A program made the translations under genes and the position numbers. Shown one piece after another: positions 11,094 through 19,731 of a DNA stretch of 64,000 nt; positions within the stretch are counted from its first letter, which is position 1; the number at the start of each line of letters is the position of its first letter. The notes beneath the pieces were generated by a model. That model made no database searches, was not told where the DNA came from, and saw only the letters and a program-made list of their open reading frames with translations. The stretch covers positions 4,838,001 to 4,902,000 of the forward strand of contig CM097885.1 in assembly GCA_044892525.1 (NCBI GenBank), in the 5' to 3' direction. The DNA is from Schmidtea polychroa. Lineage: Eukaryota.

Positions 11094-12104
11094 TTAAAAA
11101 AATAAGACTTTATTCTTCTGAGCACCATCTGGTACCAATACTCGGATATCAAAAGAAACTCTTGTTGAGAGGATGTCTTTATACAATTCTCTCAATGCTT
11201 TACGAACTTCATCAACATCAACCTTTTTTTCATAAAATATTAAATCTATATATTGTACAAGTGAACTAGAAAAATGAATATTCTTACTTTTAACTTTATG
11301 TAGTCCATGTGAATGAGTATTAACATACCAATCTCCGTGTGGTAAATCATAACTAGTCATTATAACATCACCCTTTTCAAGCTTACTATTATAATCACAT
11401 TTCACAAACCATTTCATTCTTTCATTATCATCATCAAACAAAAAGAAATAAGGATCAATAATTTTTACAACCATAAAAACACCCCATTCTTTACTGTTTG
11501 TTGTTATTAAACTTGGTTCTATAAAATGTTTATATGTATGGGGTAATAATGTTTTATTCTGTTCTAATTCAGCAGCTCTTTTTCTAATACTATGTGTGGT
11601 GTTAATGTGTGTTCCATGAGACTCTAAATTTGAAATTCTTTTATTAAATGATGTAATCATCTCATTTATTATATTATATATTGCATTAAATTTAGTATTC
11701 ATAATTTGTTTATCTTTAGAATTTAATATAGCAGTATTTAACTTTACAACTTGTTCAGTTAACAGACTTTGTAACTTGTCAAATTTATCATTAAATCGTT
11801 GTTCGATATTATTAAGCTTTGATTCCATTGAATCAATTTTTGTTGTTAATGAACTTTCAATTCTTGTTGTTGTTAAATCAGTATATTTTTTAACACCATC
11901 TACATATTTCTTATTAACTGCATCAGCTTCATCAGTTGGAAAAGATAATTCTTTTATCTTGTGTCCATTTAAAATTAAATCACCCTTCATTGAATCACCT
12001 CTTTCATTAATATATTTATTTTCTGTTAAAGTTAATATTTCTTCTGTATTAAACCCTGTTTTTATTGTTCCACCACCTCTATTACATGGAATATAAGAAC
12101 TCAT
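11094..12104 (-). CDS. Fibre/spike-like protein (336 aa)
   Basis: MKGDLILNGHKIKELSFPTDEADAVNKKYVD resembles trimeric fibre/adhesin neck motifs, followed by a long coiled coil and a globular C-terminus. Adjacent to penton. Confidence 0.6.
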   Translation of the reverse strand: MSSYIPCNRGGGTIKTGFNTEEILTLTENKYINERGDSMKGDLILNGHKIKELSFPTDEADAVNKKYVDGVKKYTDLTTTRIESSLTTKIDSMESKLNNIEQRFNDKFDKLQSLLTEQVVKLNTAILNSKDKQIMNTKFNAIYNIINEMITSFNKRISNLESHGTHINTTHSIRKRAAELEQNKTLLPHTYKHFIEPSLITTNSKEWGVFMVVKIIDPYFFLFDDDNERMKWFVKCDYNSKLEKGDVIMTSYDLPHGDWYVNTHSHGLHKVKSKNIHFSSSLVQYIDLIFYEKKVDVDEVRKALRELYKDILSTRVSFDIRVLVPDGAQKNKVLFF

Positions 12105-12144
12105 TTATTAATAATTTAAAATGGACGGAGTCCCCTGAGAGGAA

Positions 12145-12909
12145 CTAAACCTGTTTCAAATGTAAATACATTGAAATCTCTTCTCCATTAAAATCAATCA
12201 ATTCTCCTTCTTGATTAAGAATTTTAAAATTAATATCCATTATATATTTTCTACATAAAGGTAAATAATTTGGAGGATTCATTCTTTCAACTATTTTATA
12301 TCCCATAGGAACTGTGTTTGAGGGAAAGGAATATAAAACATTTGTTTGTTTACCATTATTATAAGAACCTGTTATACAATCGCAATGAATATTTATTGTG
12401 TTTGTATTTATTATTTTTATAATATGTTCTGATGTTATTATTTTATCTTCTTTTATTGTTATATCCATAGGTTTAAATCCTAAAACTGTGTGAAAGAAAC
12501 AATTATCTAAAAAACTAATTTTTATATTCTTCAAAGTCATTACACATTTTGAAGTTGGTATATCCATTTTAATTTTAATACCTTCATTTGTTTTTTTAGA
12601 AAGTATATCATTTAAATCTTTTATCTCATATGCCCCAGGTTCTATTGTTATAATTTCTGGTTTATGCCCATCACGAGTTTGAATAGTAAATTTATTATTA
12701 TCTTTAGTTATATTAAAAATAGTATTATAAGCACAAAACCATAATAGCCCCAATTCATAATTTAAATTTTGATCTAATTTAATTGAATCTTGAAAGTTTA
12801 TAGTAAACTCTGATTCTTTTGAATTTATAGATAAAGTTCTTGAATATTTATCTGACATTATGTTTACCATTTTTTTTAAATTATCTTCCGGAGGGTTGTG
12901 AAGCTCCAT
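12145..12909 (-). CDS. PX: Minor capsid protein (penton)
   Basis: IEPGAYEI, VLGF, INIHCDCITGSYNNG, LYSF and NQEGELIDFNGEEISMYLHLK are typical Polinton penton motifs. Confidence 0.88.
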   Translation of the reverse strand: MELHNPPEDNLKKMVNIMSDKYSRTLSINSKESEFTINFQDSIKLDQNLNYELGLLWFCAYNTIFNITKDNNKFTIQTRDGHKPEIITIEPGAYEIKDLNDILSKKTNEGIKIKMDIPTSKCVMTLKNIKISFLDNCFFHTVLGFKPMDITIKEDKIITSEHIIKIINTNTINIHCDCITGSYNNGKQTNVLYSFPSNTVPMGYKIVERMNPPNYLPLCRKYIMDINFKILNQEGELIDFNGEEISMYLHLKQV

Positions 12910-12957
12910 TTCTTTAGTAGTAAATTCATATAGTAAAAATCCTTATAGTAAAAATCC

Positions 12958-13422
12958 TTATAGTAGAGATTCTAGATCATTATAAATTTCTTGAATTATA
13001 GATTCAAAATCCTGCGTATGCCCCTTTCCCTCTCCCTTATTCAATCTATACAAAACATATAAACTTAAAATACCACATATTTTAGTATTCAAAGGTTGAA
13101 CTTGTAAAGAGTTAAAAGTATAACCATTTGGGGAATCAATCGGAGAACCCCTCAAGAGATAATCTTCAACTTCTTTAGTAGGTTTAATCCCAAAAGAATC
13201 AAAGTAGATAGATTTCTTATATATACAAACCCAATGAGATCCTTTTTCATTTGAATTTTGATAATTGATTATTATATTCAGGGGACTCTCCAGACTTGAT
13301 AATTCATCATTCATTAATATTTTAATTTTTAAATTTAAATAATTTGCATAATCTTTTAAATCAAAATTTGTTTTTGCATTTATTCCAAATGTTTTTAAAA
13401 AATCTAATATTGAAGGAGTCAT
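12958..13422 (-). CDS. PRO: Adenain-like cysteine maturation protease
   Basis: GSHWVC, YFDSFG, QVQ and ICG supply the His/Asp/Gln/Cys catalytic residues. Confidence 0.93.
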   Translation of the reverse strand: MTPSILDFLKTFGINAKTNFDLKDYANYLNLKIKILMNDELSSLESPLNIIINYQNSNEKGSHWVCIYKKSIYFDSFGIKPTKEVEDYLLRGSPIDSPNGYTFNSLQVQPLNTKICGILSLYVLYRLNKGEGKGHTQDFESIIQEIYNDLESLL

Positions 13423-13444
13423 TTTGTATTTTAAAACTTCGTAT

Positions 13445-14326
13445 TTATAACTTCGTATACTTATTAAATTTATCTTTTGAAATTATTCCTTGTTTTAACA
13501 AATCTTTAGAAATCTTTAAAATATCAGAATCTAAATTATTATGTCCTGCTTTCCTTGCAGCTAATAGTTTTCTTAATTCAATAAAAAGATTGATGGGATT
13601 TGGTTTACCACCTTCACTAATTAATCCCTCTCCCTCTGTAACAACATAAATCTTTTCATTTTTATTTAAATAATTCTTTAAATCTTGAATATATTTTGCT
13701 TTAGAACTAGCTCTTATTAATCTTATTAAATTTAAATATTTTTTAATTTCTTCAACATCATCTGAAGAATATCCACAAAGTAATCTATAAAAATCATCTG
13801 TAAATTCAAAGTCTAAATATTCATTATTATAAACATTTTGTGAATGAATACGTGATTTATTTTCTGAATTTGAATATAAAGTAAAGTTTTGTTTATTAAT
13901 TGTTATTATTTGATATCCTTCAGTATTAGTATTAAATGTGGGTCTAATTGAAGGAGGTAAATCATCTCTAATTTTAGGATCAACTTTAAGAGGTTTTGTT
14001 TTTAAAAACATTTCTTCTTCTTCCACATTAGAAATTCTTCTGCGTTTTCTTTGATTTCTTTCAGGATGGTTTTCACTGGATTCTTTTTCTTTATCCTGCC
14101 ACTCTAGTTCTTTTATTTTTTGTTTTTTATCTTCTAACTCTTTAAATTTTGCTTGCTCATTGAAATCTTCCAACTCTTTTATAGCTTTAATTGTTGGCCC
14201 CTGTTGTTGTGTTATTACCTCATTTAATATTATAGATTCAGCATGTTGAGTTGTATCTTTTTTATTATATTTATCTTGTTCTGATTGTAATTTTTTTAAA
14301 AGTGCTAATCTTTCTTCATATACCAT
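13445..14326 (-). CDS. Conserved Polinton protein, putative core protein (293 aa)
   Basis: N-terminal coiled coil, NLS-like RKRRR, GEGL putative cleavage motif, C-terminal LRKLLAARKAGHN motif. Confidence 0.65.
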   Translation of the reverse strand: MVYEERLALLKKLQSEQDKYNKKDTTQHAESIILNEVITQQQGPTIKAIKELEDFNEQAKFKELEDKKQKIKELEWQDKEKESSENHPERNQRKRRRISNVEEEEMFLKTKPLKVDPKIRDDLPPSIRPTFNTNTEGYQIITINKQNFTLYSNSENKSRIHSQNVYNNEYLDFEFTDDFYRLLCGYSSDDVEEIKKYLNLIRLIRASSKAKYIQDLKNYLNKNEKIYVVTEGEGLISEGGKPNPINLFIELRKLLAARKAGHNNLDSDILKISKDLLKQGIISKDKFNKYTKL

Positions 14327-14348
14327 TTTAATGGTATCAAAAATGGTA

Positions 14349-14927
14349 TCATAGTTCGAAGGGCTTCAAGTATAATCCTTTACCATTTTTAGTTTTACAA
14401 AGGCATCCATTCTTTAAAGATTTACATATTTTTTTTAAATCTTCTTTATCTTTTGAAGATAAAGATTCAGATGTAGAAATTTGATTTTTTAAAAAATCAT
14501 TTAAACCTCTACCTTTATAAGGATCAAGATAGAGACCTTTGCCCTGAGACTTTTGCCGACTCCCCTCATATGGATTAAGATAGAGACCCTTTCCAACGGA
14601 CACTCCCCCTTTAGCTTGCCCTACCTTCTTCATTGAATCGATTTCAGTTTGTAGTTTTTCTTTTTCTAGGTCTGTCTTTTGAGATTCTTTAGCTTTTTGA
14701 ACTGTAGTTGCAATTCCTCCAGCTATTCCAGCAGCACCTGATAAACCAGCAATGATTGCAGGTATTAAAGCAGCTAATGGAAGAATGCCACCTTCTTTAG
14801 CTTCGTGGATCTTCGCTCTAACTTGTTCTTTTACATGTTTTCCAATAAAATATTTTTTACCATCAATTACTACTGATTTATTTTTATTTGAATTTATTAA
14901 TTCTTGCAAAGATTCTTCAGTTGTCAT
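14349..14927 (-). CDS. Core/cement protein with an adenovirus pX-like motif (192 aa)
   Basis: GGILPLAALIPAIIAG resembles adenoviral pX GGFLP. Three GKGLYLxP repeats are putative adenain sites. Confidence 0.75.
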   Translation of the reverse strand: MTTEESLQELINSNKNKSVVIDGKKYFIGKHVKEQVRAKIHEAKEGGILPLAALIPAIIAGLSGAAGIAGGIATTVQKAKESQKTDLEKEKLQTEIDSMKKVGQAKGGVSVGKGLYLNPYEGSRQKSQGKGLYLDPYKGRGLNDFLKNQISTSESLSSKDKEDLKKICKSLKNGCLCKTKNGKGLYLKPFEL

Positions 14928-14942
14928 TTTATAATAAATAAA

Positions 14943-15749
14943 ATGGATGTACGAAGTCCAATAATTTGGAAACCAATTTTAAATAGACATAAGAGTAAAT
15001 TTAATAATAAAGTATTTCCTGATAATTTTAGATTATTAATTGTTGGTTCTTCTGGATGTGGAAAGAATGTACTTGTTTTGAGAATGTTACTTGAAGATGA
15101 TTTTTTAGATTATAATAATTTAATCTTTTATTCTACAACCATAAATCAACCAGAATTACAACTTTTGAAATGTGGATTTGAAAATAAATTAACTAAAAAA
15201 GCAATAATTGATATTTTTAAAAATCAACATAGGTGTCCTGAAGAAGTTTTTCAACCTTGTGATATGGTTGATTGGTATAAGGAAAAGATTTTAGAATCAG
15301 ATATTAGTAATAAAAATGATTATATTTGTGAAGAAGGGCAGGAGGCAATTCAAGTTTTATTCTCTAATAAACCTGAAGATGTTTTACATTGTGATTTACT
15401 TCCTAAAGATAAAAAGAATCTAGTTATATTTGATGATGTTGTCAACATGAAAAATCAAGAGATTCAAAAGAGTTACTTTACACGAGGTCGACATAATAAT
15501 TGTAATGTTATTTATATATCTCAAACATATTATGCTTTAGATAAAAATTCAATAAGAAATAATTCCAATTGTTTTATATTTTTTAAATTAGATCGCCGTG
15601 ATAAGAATATGATTTATAATGATTTATTTTCAAATGTTGAACCTGATAAGAATATGTTTGATATGTTTGTTGATAATCATTGGAAAGAAAAATATAATTA
15701 TATTTATTTGGATAGAGAAGAAGCTGAAATATGGAAAAGTTTGTTTTAG
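14943..15749 (+). CDS. ATP: A32/FtsK-like genome packaging ATPase
   Basis: Walker A GSSGCGKN, Walker B LVIFDD, RGRH, YISQ and IRNN. Likely start is the ATG at 14943; the ORF track starts at a TTG. Confidence 0.93.
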   Translation: MDVRSPIIWKPILNRHKSKFNNKVFPDNFRLLIVGSSGCGKNVLVLRMLLEDDFLDYNNLIFYSTTINQPELQLLKCGFENKLTKKAIIDIFKNQHRCPEEVFQPCDMVDWYKEKILESDISNKNDYICEEGQEAIQVLFSNKPEDVLHCDLLPKDKKNLVIFDDVVNMKNQEIQKSYFTRGRHNNCNVIYISQTYYALDKNSIRNNSNCFIFFKLDRRDKNMIYNDLFSNVEPDKNMFDMFVDNHWKEKYNYIYLDREEAEIWKSLF

Positions 15750-15760
15750 GGCTTGTCGAC

Positions 15761-17146
15761 TTAAAAATCTGTTTTCTGTAGTTCATTATTATAAAATCTA
15801 CCTAATATTTTTTCATTATTTAAATCAAAGATGCTATATGTTATTGGAGTTGTATAATTTATTTTATTTATAATAAAAATTTCATTTGTCCATTTTGCTG
15901 TGAATCCTTTTTCAAATTTATTTTTATATTTAAATATTCTTACTCGGTCACCAATTTTAAACTTTGGTTTTTCAATAACATCATTTTCAATATTTACCAC
16001 TTTAATGGTTTCAGGCTTCATGGAAGCATTTAAAGGTGTTAATTTTATAGAACTATGTACATCATTATTATATTCATTTACAATCTTTTGTAACAATTCA
16101 TTGTTCCATTTTTGTTTTCCAATAGCAGTAAAATATTTCCACATTTTATTTTTTAATGTTCTATTTAATCTTTCAACTACGACTGCTTTTCCTTCGTTTT
16201 CTGTTGAATAGAATTTAATATCATTTTCATTTAAAAACTTTGTAAAAACTTTGTTATAAAATTCTGTTCCTTTATCACACCATAAATATTTTGGGATTCT
16301 TTGATTTTCTTCAAATATATTTTCAAATGCTTCTGTAATAGAATATCCTGTTTTATTTTCTAAACACCTTGCAAAAGCAAATCTTGTATATAAATCTATT
16401 ACAGTTAAAATTATTTTATATTTTTCAGGGTCTGATGATTTGGGCATAAAGACTAAATCTGCAGACCATGTTTGATCTTTTTCATGTACTTGAACTTTTA
16501 AATATTTTTTATTTTTTCTAAATTCATGGTGTAATTCCTTTGCATATTTTATTTCTGATTCTGTTGGGGTTTGTAAACTAGTCTTGGATATATTCTCAAG
16601 GGATCTTTCAATGTCTGCTTGTTCGATAATCTTTTTATAAGCAACATCTTTTGCTATTCTAGGAAGTCTTGCACCCATGGTGATCGGACTGTGTCCTAAG
16701 CCTATGAAAATCTTACCTTTCATTGCTAATTTAACTAGAGCTCTTTGAATCTTTTCTTGGGTTGATGGATTTTGGATACTATTTAAATCATGTATTAAAT
16801 TCACATCTGCAACATGTCTATCTCTAAGATTTGTTGAATTGTATGCAATGTCATGTTTAAAAGCTGCTTGATCAATTCTATTTATTGGTTCTTCTCCTTG
16901 TTTGGGATTATTATTTTCATCTAATCTAATATCTAATCTTGTTCCTGGTCCGGTGTAGTTGTGTTTAAATAAATGTCTTTCACCTGGATATTTTTCTGTA
17001 GTAAAAGGTTTTAATATTGAAGATGTTGTTTTTGAAGATTGTAGATCGCCTCCTGTATGTTTTTTAGTTTTTAAATGACTTGCTTTATGATGTCTTGTAA
17101 CTTGACAATTACAAGTTTCACATCTCCAATATTTATTTAGAGACAT
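15761..17146 (-). CDS. INT: Retroviral-type integrase with N-terminal C2H2 finger and parvovirus-like phospholipase A2 domain
   Basis: DDE motifs WSADL, WCDKGTEF, VVERLNRTLK and C-terminal KFKIGDRVRI. PLA2-like HNYTGPGT...PINRIDQAAFKHDIAY. Confidence 0.95.
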   Translation of the reverse strand: MSLNKYWRCETCNCQVTRHHKASHLKTKKHTGGDLQSSKTTSSILKPFTTEKYPGERHLFKHNYTGPGTRLDIRLDENNNPKQGEEPINRIDQAAFKHDIAYNSTNLRDRHVADVNLIHDLNSIQNPSTQEKIQRALVKLAMKGKIFIGLGHSPITMGARLPRIAKDVAYKKIIEQADIERSLENISKTSLQTPTESEIKYAKELHHEFRKNKKYLKVQVHEKDQTWSADLVFMPKSSDPEKYKIILTVIDLYTRFAFARCLENKTGYSITEAFENIFEENQRIPKYLWCDKGTEFYNKVFTKFLNENDIKFYSTENEGKAVVVERLNRTLKNKMWKYFTAIGKQKWNNELLQKIVNEYNNDVHSSIKLTPLNASMKPETIKVVNIENDVIEKPKFKIGDRVRIFKYKNKFEKGFTAKWTNEIFIINKINYTTPITYSIFDLNNEKILGRFYNNELQKTDF

Positions 17147-17175
17147 TTTAAAATGTTAAAATATCAGGGATTATA

Positions 17176-17776
17176 TTAAGAATCTCCCCTAACATTTTCG
17201 ATTATTGAAATCTTTCCACCATATAATTTCATTTCTATTTTCTTTTCTTCTAATATTAATGTATATACTTTAGCTTTAAAATTAGAATCCTTTGTTACAT
17301 GAAGTGTAACATCAACATTATTTATGGCTAATCGATCATCTTGGTCTGATACATTTATACAAAATATAGAATATAAATTTTTGAAATCTTCTAAACTTAA
17401 TTGCGGTTCAACTTTGAAATCATAACATGTTTCAATATAATTTAGATATGGGAATATGTTTTCATTATTTTCAATATTAAATTCCATTCTATTTATTGGA
17501 TAATAAGAACTATTTAATTGAATTTGTATTGTTTTTAAATTATCATCTCCAATCTTTTGAATAAATAGATTGTTATTTTTTTGGAAAGATGAATCTGTTT
17601 CTTTGAATCCAATGTTTGAAGAGATTGAAAAACTATATCACCCCTACGATTTAAGTTTGCAATAGATCCTGAAGTTGGGGAGATTTTAAGTACATCGTTT
17701 TTCTTGATTTCATGAGTAAATTCTTTATTATAATCAAGATTTAATTTTTTTTTTCTTGAATTTTTATATTATTCAT
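17176..17776 (-). pseudogene. PY: Major capsid protein (double jelly-roll) with a large internal deletion and frameshifts
   Basis: ATG at 17776, frameshift in an A10 run, then N-terminal LNLDYNKEFTHEIKKNDVLKISPTSGSIANLNRRGDIVF joined out of frame near 17614 to C-terminal IGFKET...IQLNSSYYP...FKNLYSIFCINVSDQ, which continues into the 103-aa ORF 17176-17487. Confidence 0.8.
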
Positions 17777-17832
17777 TTCTATATATTAAAATTTGCACAC
17801 ACAAAATAGGATTAATTAAATATATTATGTAA

Positions 17833-17912
17833 GCCATTATAGCGGAGTGGGAATAGGCTTCAATTTTATCACCGGGAGTACCGGGTTCAATTTTCGATTT
17901 TGGTCAATTTTT
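17833..17912 (+). ncRNA. tRNA-like Pol III cassette 1 (putative)
   Basis: A box TAGCGGAGTGG, degenerate B box GGGTTCAATT, tRNA-like spacing, T-runs downstream. Confidence 0.4.
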
Positions 17913-18075
17913 ATCGATATTTTTTTTCAACGGAATCTGATTCAGCGTACTGATTTTAGTATATATTTAAATTTTCAGATGGATCTGAGTGGTAGTTGTC
18001 GAGAAAATGAATAATTAATTATCAATTTCATCAATAAATAGTCACACATTAACAACTTATTTTATATTGAGTATA

Positions 18076-18156
18076 GCTCTAATAGCTTAGTGGTAATAGC
18101 ACTCGACTGCATTGCCAATACCAATGGGTTCAAATCCCATTTCGGTCATTTTTTTT
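18076..18156 (+). ncRNA. tRNA-Cys-like Pol III cassette 2 (putative)
   Basis: A box TAGCTTAGTGG (18083-18093), D stem GCT/AGC, GACTGCA anticodon-loop remnant, perfect T arm ATGGG-TTCAAAT-CCCAT, T8 terminator. Anticodon and acceptor stems do not pair. Confidence 0.6.
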
Positions 18157-18320
18157 CAAATTTTTTTTTAAACAAAATATTGATCAGCATACTCGATTTA
18201 GTACTTGTACAAATTTTAAAGGTGATTGGTCAACGGCAACTCTTGGAAATTTAAGATCAAAAACGTTTTAACTTAAGCTACCAAAAATTAATATATCCAA
18301 TAAAAAAAATATTTATAAAA

Positions 18321-18617
18321 ATGGATGAGTTAAAAGAAAGAATGAGAAATGAATTGAATGAAGTTAAACATAAGAGAATGAAAAGAAGAGAAGAAGAACC
18401 ATTAGAATACATCAAAGAGTTGATGGTAGATAATGAAAAGTATCGACATTTTTATATGAAGGCTGTAGATGTTGCTGATATAAGATTGAAGAAAATGAAA
18501 CAATTACAGGAAAGAGTTAAAGAACTTGAATCGATTATTTATAGTCTAAAAAATGACAAAAATTCAAACCTTGATGGCGCAGTGGGAATAGACTGGCACA
18601 GTGGTTCAAATGGATAG
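18321..18617 (+). CDS. Small coiled-coil hypothetical protein (98 aa)
   Basis: Charged helical ORF with the same TAAAA-ATG start context as other Polinton genes. Confidence 0.55.
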   Translation: MDELKERMRNELNEVKHKRMKRREEEPLEYIKELMVDNEKYRHFYMKAVDVADIRLKKMKQLQERVKELESIIYSLKNDKNSNLDGAVGIDWHSGSNG

Positions 18618-18667
18618 TGGTTCAAATGGATAGTGGTTCAAATCACATCTGAGGTTAGTTTTTTTTT
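18567..18667 (+). ncRNA. tRNA-like Pol III cassette 3 with triplicated B box (putative)
   Basis: A box TGGCGCAGTGG, three AGTGGTTCAAAT copies at 16-bp spacing, AACCT/AGGTT closing stem, T9 terminator. Confidence 0.45.
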
Positions 18668-19281
18668 CAACATAAAATAATATTAAAAATTTGAAAATAA
18701 TATTGAAAATAGTGTGGGTATCTTATATTTATAAAGTACTTGTATATTTTATTTTATTTTTTTATTAATTAATTATTTTTTAAACATAAATATGAAAAAA
18801 AAAATATTGAAACGGGTGATGGTGGCGAACCGGTAATTATCGCCACCTGTCTTTCGAACACCCCCGGATCGATCCCGGTAATGTGCACATTTATTTCTCA
18901 GTTGTTTTCGGACCTCTTTCGAATTCGCTTTCGAATTCATTTGTACTTTCGAGCAGCACACTTAAAACGCCGATGAAATCGTATTCGAGCGAGAAGCGAA
19001 TAATAAGGTGTGCTGCTATTATCGGATTGATTCTGATGTATGAGTCTGGCCAGCTTGTATATTGGAAGAGATTTGATAAACGAAAGAGGTTGAATAAAAA
19101 AAAATGATCCGGATCAAAAAAAAAACTGTTGAGAGGACAGTGAAAAAAAAAAAAAAAACCACTGTCCTCTCAGAGCAGTTTTACTATTTCATAAAATTTT
19201 TTATTTTTAAAACTTTCAGGCGACCTAGATCATTATGAATTAGGTAATCTGATATTCTTATAACATTAAATCCTTATAACA

Positions 19282-19543
19282 TTAAATCCTTAAGACCAAG
19301 TAGTGAGGAATCTATGCACCCCGTTACCTTTTCTCGGAATTACTAATCTATAAATACATCTATTCCGAACTTTTTTACTTTTAAGGGAAGAAATTAAGGG
19401 TTAATGGCAATAGGGGACAAAGTTTAAAAGTTAAAAAAAGTGAAGAATATGGGGTAAAAAAGCATATAAATGTGGAAAATATGGGTCAATAGCGCTGTTT
19501 TTTTGAGGGTGGGGGTGCTGGGGTGCATAGATTCCTCACTACT
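19282..19543 (-). repeat. Polinton right TIR
   Basis: Inverted copy of 5024-5288, ends ACTACT followed by ATAAAC. Confidence 0.95.
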
Positions 19544-19731
19544 ATAAACAATTGATTAGGAGAGTGACGAGAATCCTTTGTATAATTGAATATAAAGTGG
19601 AAGCGGAGTGAATAAATTTGTGGACAAAGCAAATAGAACAATCGATCAATGTACCCTGTAATTGAGTTGGTTAAGGTCTAGTAAATATTGTTGTTGTTAC
19701 AGAAATTATACGAGAAGGATTATTCTTCACA
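19544..19731 (+). mobile_element. Right part of the interrupted LTR
   Basis: Continues from the TSD, contains AATAAA, and ends ATTCTTCACA, an imperfect inverse of the TGTTGAGGAT start. Confidence 0.4.

Larger units (their letters stand above)
5024..19543. mobile_element. Polinton/Maverick (adintovirus-like endogenous virus), 14,520 bp, both ends intact
   Basis: Termini AGTAGT...ACTACT, ~265-bp TIRs, 6-bp TSD ATAAAC at 5018-5023 and 19544-19549, and pPolB, integrase, ATPase, protease and capsid genes. Confidence 0.98.

Noticed and set aside
11094..12104. 336-aa ORF as the major capsid protein
   Set aside because: It has coiled-coil and fibre-like features, and MCP motifs are found at 17176-17776 instead.
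18076..18148. Functional tRNA-Cys gene
   Set aside because: Anticodon and acceptor stems do not pair, so it is kept only as a tRNA-like cassette.
18773..19107. 62-aa and 74-aa ORFs near the right TIR
   Set aside because: Non-ATG starts, overlapping on opposite strands and no motifs; better explained as structured noncoding DNA.
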